NCBI GenBank assembly: GCA_030748775.1
Contig: JASMLH010000003.1
Span: forward strand, 24,281-88,280
DNA: 64,000 nt
Reading direction: 5' to 3'
Source: Candidatus Thalassarchaeaceae archaeon
Lineage (GTDB): Archaea > Thermoplasmatota > Poseidoniia > Poseidoniales > Thalassarchaeaceae
A program made the translations under genes and the position numbers. Positions 1 through 10,500 of this stretch are shown piece by piece; the stretch's first letter is position 1; each line of letters starts with the position of its first letter. The notes under the pieces were generated by a model. The model had not been told where the DNA came from. It worked only from the letters and a program-made list of their open reading frames with translations, and did not search any database.

Positions 1-102
1 CCTGGCTCCCTTTCTTTCATCCACTGGACTAACTCTAGAGACTCCCCCACAACCACCAGAACCGACCTCTGCGGTCTCTATGGTCGGTAATCGCCTCTCC
101 AT
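1..102 (-). CDS. Possible 5' end of a gene running off the window edge (MERRLPTIETAEVG...)
   Basis: ATG at 102 on the minus strand opens 34 stop-free codons to position 1, divergent from the SDR gene. No family recognised. Confidence 0.3.
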   Translation of the reverse strand, partial: MERRLPTIETAEVGSGGCGGVSRVSPVDERKGAR

Positions 103-179
103 CGAAATAGGCGGACGCTGGACCGACATTAACCGTTTTCTAGGACCGCCTCCTCTAATTGCCTCGACCAATCGGTAAA

Positions 180-962
180 ATGTCAGTGATACTCCCGCCA
201 TATGTGGGCAGAACAGTTCTAGTGACTGGCGGGGCCAGACGAATTGGTAGGGAAATTTGCCTTAGGCTAGCCAATGAGGGCTCCTCAATCGTTGTCCATT
301 ACCAAACATCCGAGTCCGAAGCTCGTTCACTCGTTGAGGAGATAGAATCTATCGGGCAGAATGCGATTTCTGTGCAATCCGACCTCTCCATGACAGGCTC
401 AGCACATGCTCTGCTTAGTCGATGTTTGGACTCAATTGGCCCAATATCCGGCCTAGTAAACAATGCGTCTCTATTTCTTCACGATGATATAGAAACTGTT
501 GATGAGGCATCATGGGATTCACATATGGCAGTAAATGCCAGGGCTCAAACTATGCTGATAAGGAGCTTTTCCGACCTTCTTCCAGATGGTTCCCAGGGAT
601 CAGTTGTCAATATCCTGGATCAAAAGGTGGCTTCTCCAAATCCAGACTATCTATCCTACACCGCATCTAGGTTTGCAATGTTGGGCATGACAAAGGCACT
701 TGCTAGGGGGCTTGCTCCAAGAATTAGGGTAAATGCAGTGGCACCTGGGCATACTCTCCCAAGTCCCGAACAAACTGAATCCGGATTCCACAAGGCACAG
801 TCCCAGTCCCCATTGGGTTTTGGGCCCCAGGCCTCAGATATTGCCGAATCCGTTTCATTCCTCATGAATGCAAGGGCAATTACCGGCCAGATCCTGTTCG
901 TCGACTCCGGAGAGAGATTCCTAAGCCGTCAACGGGACGTTCTCTTCGAGACGGAGGAATAG
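180..962 (+). CDS. Pteridine reductase-like SDR (FolM/PTR1 family)
   Basis: TGGARRIG cofactor motif typical of pteridine reductases, VNNAS, ILDQ, YTASR, IRVNAVAPG; adjacent to folB. ORF track starts at TTG 159; ATG 180 preferred. Confidence 0.8.
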   Translation: MSVILPPYVGRTVLVTGGARRIGREICLRLANEGSSIVVHYQTSESEARSLVEEIESIGQNAISVQSDLSMTGSAHALLSRCLDSIGPISGLVNNASLFLHDDIETVDEASWDSHMAVNARAQTMLIRSFSDLLPDGSQGSVVNILDQKVASPNPDYLSYTASRFAMLGMTKALARGLAPRIRVNAVAPGHTLPSPEQTESGFHKAQSQSPLGFGPQASDIAESVSFLMNARAITGQILFVDSGERFLSRQRDVLFETEE

Positions 963-964
963 AA

Positions 965-1369
965 TTGGAAGAATTAGCAGATGCACTTTCGGTTCTTGTC
1001 TCCCAGACTAGCGGTGAAGCTTCGATAGTGTTTCTAGAGAATGCCATCAGGGATGTAGATATTGGAATTCACGAGTATGAAAAAGGCTCAACGCAGCCAG
1101 TAAGATTCGATATCTGTGCCGCCCACAACGGGGCTCCCTTGTCCGAGAACAGTGGAATTGCAGATGTTCTAAACTACGAGTACTTGCTTAATGCTCTCGA
1201 ACAAGTAGTCAAACTCTCTAGATTCGGACTACTGGAACAAATGGCCGACGAGTTGCTAGATGCCGTAATGTATCCGGAACCTGTTATCGCAGCAACCGTG
1301 AAGATCACAAAGACATCTGTGCAGGGAGTAGATGGCTCCCTAGGCTGCTGCATAACGCGATTCAAGTAG
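965..1369 (+). CDS. folB: Dihydroneopterin aldolase
   Basis: IGIHEYEK..QPVRFDI, LNYE, LLEQMADEL and VKITK match the FolB pattern; starts 2 nt after the SDR stop. Confidence 0.8.
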   Translation: MEELADALSVLVSQTSGEASIVFLENAIRDVDIGIHEYEKGSTQPVRFDICAAHNGAPLSENSGIADVLNYEYLLNALEQVVKLSRFGLLEQMADELLDAVMYPEPVIAATVKITKTSVQGVDGSLGCCITRFK

Positions 1370-1372
1370 TAG

Positions 1373-1458
1373 TGGTGCAGGGGGAGGGATTTGAACCCAC
1401 GAAGCACTATGCACCGGAGCTTAAGTCCGGCCCCTTTGACCAGCTCGGGTACCCCTGC
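1373..1458 (-). tRNA. tRNA-Leu (anticodon TAA), intronless, CCA encoded
   Basis: Reverse complement GCAGGGGTACCCGAGCTGGTCAAAGGGGCCGGACTTAAGCTCCGGTGCATAGTGCTTCGTGGGTTCAAATCCCTCCCCCTGCACCA: acceptor stem GCAGGGG/CCCCTGC, anticodon arm CCGGA-CTTAAGC-TCCGG, long variable arm, GGTTCAAATCC T-loop. Confidence 0.97.
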
Positions 1459-1592
1459 AAGCCTCCAGTAGGGGTTTTCGCTTTCAATCGAGCGGACGGA
1501 AATAGTGCTAGAACCGATGCATTGCCTGCTCCAACCCCCCCAATCCTTTAACATCCCGATTGCGGCGCACATCCGTGCGAAATCGCTCTAGA

Positions 1593-4505
1593 ATGGAGTC
1601 AAGGCGCGGTGCAACACTGCTCGCCTTTTCCCTCGTCACGCTAATTCTGCTTCAATCCGGGCTAACTGCTAAGCCAATCGAGCTAGAAGATGTTGCTGGC
1701 CCAATGAGGGCAGACGCCGCCCCTGATGACAACCTGTACAAACTCTACTTGACCGAACCAGGAGGAAACGCCTCGGCTGGAATGGATGGGCTGATATCCA
1801 CAAGAGTTCCGGAAAACGATGACTCTCAGGAATCTGCTTCGGCCTTAGACGCCGATGTTGAATTCAGGACAATAGAGCTACACTCTAGTATGGAGTTTTA
1901 TGGTAGGAAATATCATGCCAACGACTCTTATTACATACCAGTCAACCTCTTTTTGAAGGCCACTGGTTCACAGAATGCAAATGTTGACTGGACTGTGACA
2001 ATTGGTAGCACCTCAGACGGAACAGTAGGGAGCACTACCTGGGACGGGGGTGCGGTTTGCTCGTCATCATTCGGAAGCACTTGCGAATTTGACTACGAGT
2101 CACTCGAAGTGGGCATTGGAAATCAGGACTCATTCGAAGTCAGAGGGGGGGAGCGACTAGTCCTAGAGGTCCGAGCAACGATTTCTGGCTGTGATGATGG
2201 GCTGTTCTCGGACTGCTCTGCAGAGGTGGCATGGGGGAACATAGACGGGGAGAATCGTTTCTCCAATATCGAGTCCGATGCCAATGCCCTCATGGACAGC
2301 ATCATTGTAGTACAGAGGAAGGGAGCAAACATAGCAGAGGGCCCGGAAGTAGACTGGTACCCAAACGATATCATGGAAGATAGGGAGATGCAATTTTCTC
2401 TTGATGCCAAGAGTGCATTTGGTAGGGACGATATCTCGAAGGTCGAGATACTAATGCGAGACCCAGATGGGAACTACAGGATTGACTACCTAATTACCGG
2501 TGATGAGGAAGATATTGAAGACTCGAGCTACGGGGTTTTTGGAGAATACCTGTGGACATATCCAAGTGGTCTGACATCCGGTGAATACTCCGTGACTCTT
2601 CGAATTACTGACATCCAGGGAAATAGGGTCGATGTAGAGCATGAGGCAATCACCATGCATGAGTGGGGCGTATCTCTGAAACACAGGTATGACCGGACAA
2701 TAGAATACTTTGCACCTGGTCAGATTACACCGATCCCGTTAATCTTGGTCCACCGAGGAGACTCAACCAAGTCCATGCAAGTGGAGCTGGAGGTTCTAAC
2801 CAATCTAGGAAGCTCCTGGCTAGTAGAACTAGACTCTCCCGCAGGTTACGAGCTAAATTCCGGAGGGACGATTCTCAACCCAACAGTGACCTTAACTGCA
2901 CCCGATGATCTAACTGGGATGCCTAAGAAGATAGAGATCAGGGCAGTAGCCGAGGCTGATGTAGAGGGCGTAATTTCTGTTGTCCATCAGGACGTACTAA
3001 CTCTAAATGTGGAGAAGATAGACGTGTATCAGCCACCAGTCGTTTCAATCTGGTCAGAGGACCACACTACCCCAATAGCAAACTCCTCCAGAGGAGATGC
3101 AATAGACTCGACTATTCCCAGATTCGCAGAGTACAACGAGTTCAATCCGTTCATTTTGGAAATTTTCAATACTGGATTTGATGCGGACTACTTCCGAATT
3201 GACATTCTGCAGAGATCTAAGTCCCTTTTCCAACTTCACAACAATCAAACAGGACAGAGGATTTTGGAAAATGAAGGAGACTTCACCTTTCACACATCGC
3301 TGATGGAGAGGCACGCAACGCAAGTATTCATTCTGGGAGTCAAGCCAAGCCTAGATCGTTCGGACCCAGACATTGGAGAAATAGAGATAGAGGTAATTAG
3401 CGGCGGGAACTCTTCCTCAAGCACAACAGTTTCCTTCACTATCCAGAGAACATTTGGTATCAGAGCAGAGGTTTCACAGGACTGCGATGGTACTCCCCTG
3501 GGCCACATGAAGGTATCACTATGTGCACCCAACCAGGAGAGGCCTACAATCGACTTTAGGGCTAGGATTACCAACAGTGTTTCGGACGCCGAGGCAGCTT
3601 CATGGTGGCTAATTCAGAACCCATCTTCTCTGAAGGAAAACACTGACAACAACGAAGCCTATGGCCAGTGGGAGTACCGAATAACCGACTCCGATGACGA
3701 ATCAGTACCACGAGTCTCCCTGGGTCCAGGGGACTTCACAGAAGTATTCGTCAGCGTAACGATGACGAATCAGGTAGAGGTAGGTAATCACACAGTTTTC
3801 CTTAGGATAGTAGAAGATGTCGAGGAAGACGAACCCCGATACTTCGATCTTCCCATGACATTCGAAGTCGAGGCCGATGACCCCACCTTGGAAATTGTGC
3901 AGGTATCTCAGAACACGCGTTTGATTCCCGGGAGGGATTACTCAATCCAAATGAAGGTCAAAAACGAGGGAAACAGCCCTCTCACTGTTCTGCTCGAGGC
4001 GGATGTTGACCAAAGTGGTTGGGAGGTAAGTATCGGAGGCCTCTCAGGGTCCCCCCTGATTCAGATAGAAGCGTTCGAAGAAACCGGCTTCACCGTGGAA
4101 ATCTCCGTCCCAGATTCGGCAAACAACGGGGACTCTATCCCAATTTCTGTTTCTGCAACTCCACTTGACACCGAACAGGGATTCCCCGACTCATTCACTG
4201 CAAAGTTCACATTGAATGCAGAAGTAGAGATCGGCTCGATATTGGATATTCTGGTGAACGAGGCAACCCATCCCCGTCCAATTACTCTGGTATTGCTAGT
4301 CGTCACCGTTCTACTTCTTTTTGCCGGCGTCCAGAGTCGAATGAATAGGAGGAGATGGGCTGCACAGATGGAAATGATTGAGGCACTCTCGGATGAGTCT
4401 TCAGACCACATATCAGTCGAGTCCGACATACCCGCTCCTGTCACCTCTGCATCCAGCCAATCCGAAGTTCCAAGATACGAAGACGACGATGTTGAACTTG
4501 TTTGA
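1593..4505 (+). CDS. Large cell-surface protein with Ig-like/NEW3-like repeats, N-terminal signal and C-terminal TM anchor
   Basis: Hydrophobic N-terminus (ATLLAFSLVTLILL); repeated beta-sandwich units (IQMKVKNEGN..GWEV..FTVEISVP); C-terminal TM (ITLVLLVVTVLLLFAGV) and acidic tail. ATG 1593 preferred over TTG 1560. Confidence 0.7.
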   Translation: MESRRGATLLAFSLVTLILLQSGLTAKPIELEDVAGPMRADAAPDDNLYKLYLTEPGGNASAGMDGLISTRVPENDDSQESASALDADVEFRTIELHSSMEFYGRKYHANDSYYIPVNLFLKATGSQNANVDWTVTIGSTSDGTVGSTTWDGGAVCSSSFGSTCEFDYESLEVGIGNQDSFEVRGGERLVLEVRATISGCDDGLFSDCSAEVAWGNIDGENRFSNIESDANALMDSIIVVQRKGANIAEGPEVDWYPNDIMEDREMQFSLDAKSAFGRDDISKVEILMRDPDGNYRIDYLITGDEEDIEDSSYGVFGEYLWTYPSGLTSGEYSVTLRITDIQGNRVDVEHEAITMHEWGVSLKHRYDRTIEYFAPGQITPIPLILVHRGDSTKSMQVELEVLTNLGSSWLVELDSPAGYELNSGGTILNPTVTLTAPDDLTGMPKKIEIRAVAEADVEGVISVVHQDVLTLNVEKIDVYQPPVVSIWSEDHTTPIANSSRGDAIDSTIPRFAEYNEFNPFILEIFNTGFDADYFRIDILQRSKSLFQLHNNQTGQRILENEGDFTFHTSLMERHATQVFILGVKPSLDRSDPDIGEIEIEVISGGNSSSSTTVSFTIQRTFGIRAEVSQDCDGTPLGHMKVSLCAPNQERPTIDFRARITNSVSDAEAASWWLIQNPSSLKENTDNNEAYGQWEYRITDSDDESVPRVSLGPGDFTEVFVSVTMTNQVEVGNHTVFLRIVEDVEEDEPRYFDLPMTFEVEADDPTLEIVQVSQNTRLIPGRDYSIQMKVKNEGNSPLTVLLEADVDQSGWEVSIGGLSGSPLIQIEAFEETGFTVEISVPDSANNGDSIPISVSATPLDTEQGFPDSFTAKFTLNAEVEIGSILDILVNEATHPRPITLVLLVVTVLLLFAGVQSRMNRRRWAAQMEMIEALSDESSDHISVESDIPAPVTSASSQSEVPRYEDDDVELV

Positions 4506-4582
4506 TCCTTGGGAGTTGTACGAACGACGCTCCATTCTGCTTAAGACCCGTAGTTAGCGCCAACAAAACGAGACTGTTAGCG

Positions 4583-7500
4583 ATGCTATTTTCTTCAGGC
4601 AATTACCAGTCACTCGACATATCCTCAAAGCGGCGCTCAGCGTTTGCCTTTACCTTCTTCCTGATGATGTCAAGTCACGCAGCGATGCAGTTCGGTATTT
4701 GGGAGGCGAAAGCAACCACAGACCAGGATGGAGACGGCCTCCCATATGGAATCGAATTTCTAATCAATACTCAGCCCCAGGACTGGGATTCTGACAATGA
4801 TGGACTTCCAGACGGTTGGGAGTGGCAGTATGGCTTGGACCCCCTATCAGCATCTGGAGACAACGGTTCGACTGGTGATCCAGACTCCGATGGCCTGACA
4901 AACCTAAACGAATACTTGTATGGGATACCCATCGGTTGGGACGAGCCCTCAACCACAAATGTCCTCGATAATGGAGTTTGGTGGAATGGCACAGTACCCG
5001 TAAGGAACTGGGACGAAGAGAGCGCAATGCAGGTCATTCAGGGCACTGGCACAGACGGTGCAGACGAAGACCCAGTGGGGAATATCTGCACTGACTCATT
5101 CGACAATGATCACGATGGAATGGTGGATTCAAATGATGGTGACAATGACGGGGATGCGGATTGTAGCTCAGACGACGATGATGGGGATGGGCTGATAGAC
5201 GAAGATCCCAATGGATGGGATACTGATGGGGATGGGATGCCCGATGGATGGGAGGCGGCAAACGGACTAGATCCCACTTCGAACTCGAACCAAGATGGAA
5301 CCTTTGGAGATCCCGACTCTGATGGCCTTGTAAATATCTACGAGTATGTCAATCCAGCTTGGGGGACTCGGAATGGCTCAACATTTCCCCCTACCCAATA
5401 CTTCCGTCCTGGGCCAATAAATATGACAATCACCGAATCCCCTTGCAACCCAATTCTGTCACTAGGTCCAGGTGGTTGCCAAATTTTCACAGCTGAGGTC
5501 GATGGCATCACCCAGACCGATCCTTTCAACAACGATACCGATGGGGATGGTTTGAACGACTCACTAGAGGCACTAGTTATCTTGACCGACCCAACCTCTC
5601 CTGATACAGATTCTGACGGAGTCTGGGACGGTGTTGAGTACAATGGCTCTTATGGCGATCCTGCACAGGGTTCCGACCCAAGAAATAACAACACCGATGG
5701 CGATCATCTAGATGACGGAGAAGAAGACCTGAATGGCAATGGTGTCATTGATGAGAACGAGACCGATCCAACTAGGGTAAATGACGAAGGGGACTTTGAC
5801 GGCGATGGAATTCAGAATTGGCAGGAAAATTTGACATGCACCCTTTGGAACGTTTCGGACACTGATGGTGGAGGAGTTAGCGACGGAGACGAGAAAATTC
5901 CATGGCATGGAACAGACCCTTGCACCTCACGTTCAGAACTAGAATTCACCATTGTCGAGTGGGATGAGAGCACAGCAGCCCTGGAACTCAACTCCACAAC
6001 TAACCTCAATCCAAATCCTGTAGATTGGAGGAATATGGGTCCGCTAGCGTACTATGAATCACCTAATGGGAGTCGGACACCATTCTCTTTCACATCAATA
6101 GACGTAAATTTGCTTAGAGGGGTCGACACCCCCCTGCCCGACGGGGTGTCCTCAGTAGTCTTCACAAACGGATCGTGGTGCTGGAATGCCACTTCTGGAG
6201 CGATAAATGACCCTCATTGCGATGATGATTATTTTGACAGTGACGGGGATGGATTGGCAGATTGGGAGGAAACTTTCGGCATTTGGGGTTATGTTTCACT
6301 AGCCAATCTAGCCGATTCCGATGGTGATGGAGTCGATGACTTATCTGAGATCCAGAATGATACAGATCCTCTGGAGCCATGCCACAACCTGCTAGATTCC
6401 GATGAGGATGGTTTGAACAATTATTTCGAAAATACTACTGGCTGTGCAATAAGATTTGGCGTCCAAGGGGGCAATCTTACCTTCGACATCTGGCAGACCC
6501 TCTGGAACCAGGCGGATTCAGATAATGGGGGGGTTGATGATGGACAGGAGTACATCGATGGAACCAACCCCCAGGATAATCCTGATGATGACATTGACCC
6601 GCTAGATACGGATGGAGATGGGATCCCTGATTCTGTAGAGTTAGAGATTGGTACCGACTGGCGCGATCCTGACACCGATGGGGGAGGAGTTCCTGATGGG
6701 GAGGAATGCCCCCCAGAGTTCTGGCTTTTGGATTGCATCGGAGCACCCAGCAATCCCTTTGATCCTACTGACGATCTAGATGAGAACGCATTGATGTTCA
6801 CCGCTGCAAACACCACGGCTGGAATGGACCCGGGGATTACTCATTACTGGCGTTGGCATACGTATGACTACTACACTGGCGTTTCATGGGGAGTCAACTC
6901 CACCCTTGTCGGTTATACTCCCATTGTGGATGACTGGTCAACCGACCAGGGCGTAGCGGACCAGACATTTTGGAATCACAGCTCTCCGTTGTCATGGGAG
7001 ATAAATTTCGACGACGCCGGATTTATCAGTCCAGGAAGGGAACTCATACAGCCCTACAACGTTCAGAACTTCACAACATGGGTCGACTTCTCTGCCGGAC
7101 TAAACTTCTCCAATTACACCAGAGATGTGTTGGTAGATTCATCTACAATTGAGTCCCTGTATGTGAATGCACCAGAAGTCATCCTTTCGGCCGAGGTGAG
7201 GGAAAACACAACAGCCTTCAGCGGTGCAACATATGGCCTGGACCTCCCATCAGATTTCCTAGGCAGTTTGGAAGGACAGGGGGTGAGCACAGTCACACAA
7301 GAAGTTCTAAACCAGTCTGGCGCCTTGTCAGCATGGGACAAAATTTCTGCTATTCAGGACTTCCTCATTAATGGAAATGAAACCATTACTTTCCTTCGCA
7401 ACTATGACGGATCCGGGAGACTCGATGGCCTTGGTAGCGATAGCGACGTCTCGTATTGGATGCTGAACTCTTCCCATGAAGGAAGTTGTGACGAATTCGC

Positions 7501-10500
7501 CTCATTGTTCGCCGTAATGCTCAGAATGGCTGGGATGCCAACAAGGAAGGTCACAGGATTCTCTGGAGGAAGCTGGGACGGCAAAGCGCTCAGTGTGTAC
7601 GGCAAAGACTTCACCACTTGGGTCGAAGTCCATCTTCAGACAAACCAAAATCAAGGAGACCTGGATGTTGGATGGGTTCCATTCGAGGCATGTCCAGAAA
7701 TGTCTTCGGTGGAGGTGTTCGACGAGAAGTGGGGCCCGACTTCCGTAGAGAGGAATACAACAATCTCAGAAACGATATGGCTCGAGGGCACCCTGGTATT
7801 CTCAGGTAATTCGACTGCAGTTGACAATATAACGCTGTCAATGTACTTGGTCGCGCCTGAGGACTCAGAAAACATCCCTGGGAGCTCGGCCATCTCGGAA
7901 CACCTAGTTGCAACCACAGTTACTGACCAAAATGGATCATTCAATCTAACTGGACTTCCTCCATCCGTAATCAGGCCCGGATTCGCCTCCCTTGTGATTC
8001 AAACTTCACAGAAAGCATACGTAGGTACCCAGGGCATAACATTCCCCTGGCAACTCAATGTAACAGATGACGTTTCAATCTCAATTTCTGAGCCAACACC
8101 AATCAATGCTCCAATGCTCGGAATAGGTGTTAACAGTACAATAATCGGTCAGATTTCATGGGCAAGCTCCCCTAACCTAGACCCCTCATTAGTTGACGAC
8201 TTGGAGGTAATTCTGAATTACTCATCTGCCGTCGACGGCGAAGTATCTCTAACCTCCAGTGTTTCCGGTGGGGGCTACTACGAATTCACAGTTCCTATTG
8301 ACGAGACTGAGCCACTAGGTCCAATTAACGCCTCAATTAGTTTTGATGGATGGCACAGCATAGACCTAAACAACGCCACACCGCCCGCTTACCACGCCCG
8401 TCCAGGATCTCTTGACTTGGAATTCAACATCACTCTTTCTCCAAACCTGACTGTTTCCTTGGAATCCCAGGGAACAAACAACACAGTTCTGGAGATCGGC
8501 TCGAACATTTTCCTCAATGGAACGGTACTTAGTAGGGGCGAGAGCCCGTCGACACTGAATGGGACCCTAATTCTGGAGATGAGACGGTCAGACATCTCTG
8601 GACCGTATCTGCAACTAGCCTCATGGTACCTGAATGATACTTCTTGGGGGCCTTCTGATGGGGAATTCTCCGTATCATGGCCCTTCTCTCCCGAAGATGT
8701 GCCCATACCCGCTGGGATAGTGGACGTTAGGATACAGTTCGATGCCGACAATCTAAATGCGAACGATCAGAAGCAATTCGTAGACGGTGAATTCGGCATT
8801 CGTAGCATAATTCAGTTCACTTATTCACTGTCTCCCGAACCTAGGGGGATTGAGGCTAACGTTGAGGTCTTGCTAACTGATCACACCGGCCTATCGTTTG
8901 CATCATTTGAGGGTGACTACAACCTCGATTTCGATGGCGAATGGGCTTGGAATGAGACTGATCCAAGCTCTCCCAAACTTGGCGTCAGTTGGACACCTGA
9001 AGTGGATATGGATCCTGGTGATTACTCCTGGGTCCTGACTTACAACGGGTCCACATGGATGGCCCCCAATTCTACATCTGACACAGTGAGAATCCAAGGA
9101 CTAGCGAACGCCACAGCTACCTTTGGAACGGACTGGACTCCAAGAGGAGGAACAAACTGGATATCGGGCTCTGCGAGAGACATTGTCCTGAATACGCCAG
9201 TTACAGGAAACAACTCTTCCGTGACAGTTCTTCTCCAAGTCCCTTCAGACCTACCGGCGACCCCCGATGGATTCCCAGCAGGTCCAGACTCGTACACTGT
9301 CGCTTCTGGTTGGATAGACCCCTCAAGCGGGACATACAACCTGACATTTGGAATTCCCAGCGGAATCACTTCTGGCGTTTACCAGGTTCTGGTAAGGCTC
9401 GATTTCAACTCAAACCCTCCGCAGGGAGGGAGTTACTACAAGACCAATGACCCAACCTCTACCCTTACTGGGGTACAGTCGGAGTTCGTCGTAGATACCG
9501 AACCCAATGCAGTAATACTGGTGGCCGGCGAGCAACTCATTCTTTCCACTGTTGTTACAGACGTTGAGGATCCTTCCGAGTTTATCGGCGGGGTCTCGTT
9601 GGACCTATACTTCGACTGGGGAGGTCCCCAGGAGCAGATACTCCAGTCCACCACAACTGGACCATCGGGAGAAGCAGAATTCAACCCCATAATCCCATCC
9701 TCTGTCGCTCCTGGATTCTACGACGTCCGAGTTCATGCGCCTGATGACCTTGTTGACAACCTCTCATCATCCAACGCTGGAAGGTGGCTGGGGAATGAAA
9801 GCATCACCAATCTGACGGTACAGGTCGGGAGTCTGGTTGATATCGTCAGTATACCCACTCAAGTTACTGCGTTGCAGTACTTCACAATAGAGGGCACCGT
9901 CCTTGATTCAGTAGATTCAAACAGGTCAGTTGATGGCCCCGTAGGGATCAACGTCTTCTTCTTGGATGAGCCAGCAGAGTTACTAATCGAAAACCACACC
10001 ACCAACAGCAATGGTAGCTTCAACGTCTCAGTCCCCACCGACACATTGGGGAATGGGGTTATCCGGGGTGATAGGACAGTAGTTGTTAGCGTAGTCAACG
10101 GCTCCACCCCATTTTACCTGACTGGAACGGGGGACGCTTCGATATTGGTCTTAGGAGTTCCCTGGTTCCAGGACTCCACTCCCTTCATCAACACCATAAT
10201 TGATAGAGGCGAAACTGCAACGATGACGGCTAGGCTTGTAGAGTTCAGCAATAACGACGCGCCTCTATCCGGATTCACCGTTCTGGCTAGGTTCCACGAT
10301 ACATGGTTGGACCCACAGGTCACAGCGGCCGACGGAAGCGTCTCTTTCGACTTCCAGGTACCTCACGATCACCCTCTCGGGCTGGTAAATGTCACATTCC
10401 TCTTCAATGGTTCAAGTGACCTCCATCCCACAATTGACATCCTGAATACAATCACCGTTCGCTCAACTTCTAGCATGTTCATAGATCCTATTTCGGAGAA

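Noticed and set aside
61-88. Inverted repeat ACCGACC...GGTCGGT
   Set aside because: Only 7 bp with a 14-nt loop, and probably inside a coding region; compatible with chance.
1174-1572. 132-aa minus-strand ORF
   Set aside because: Overlaps tRNA-Leu and the antisense of folB; no protein-like features.
4700-6800. Recurring GATGG/GACGG repeats that could suggest a CRISPR array or DNA repeat element
   Set aside because: The repeats are in frame, vary at synonymous positions and have irregular spacing: they are protein-level DxDxDG repeats. No cas genes are present.
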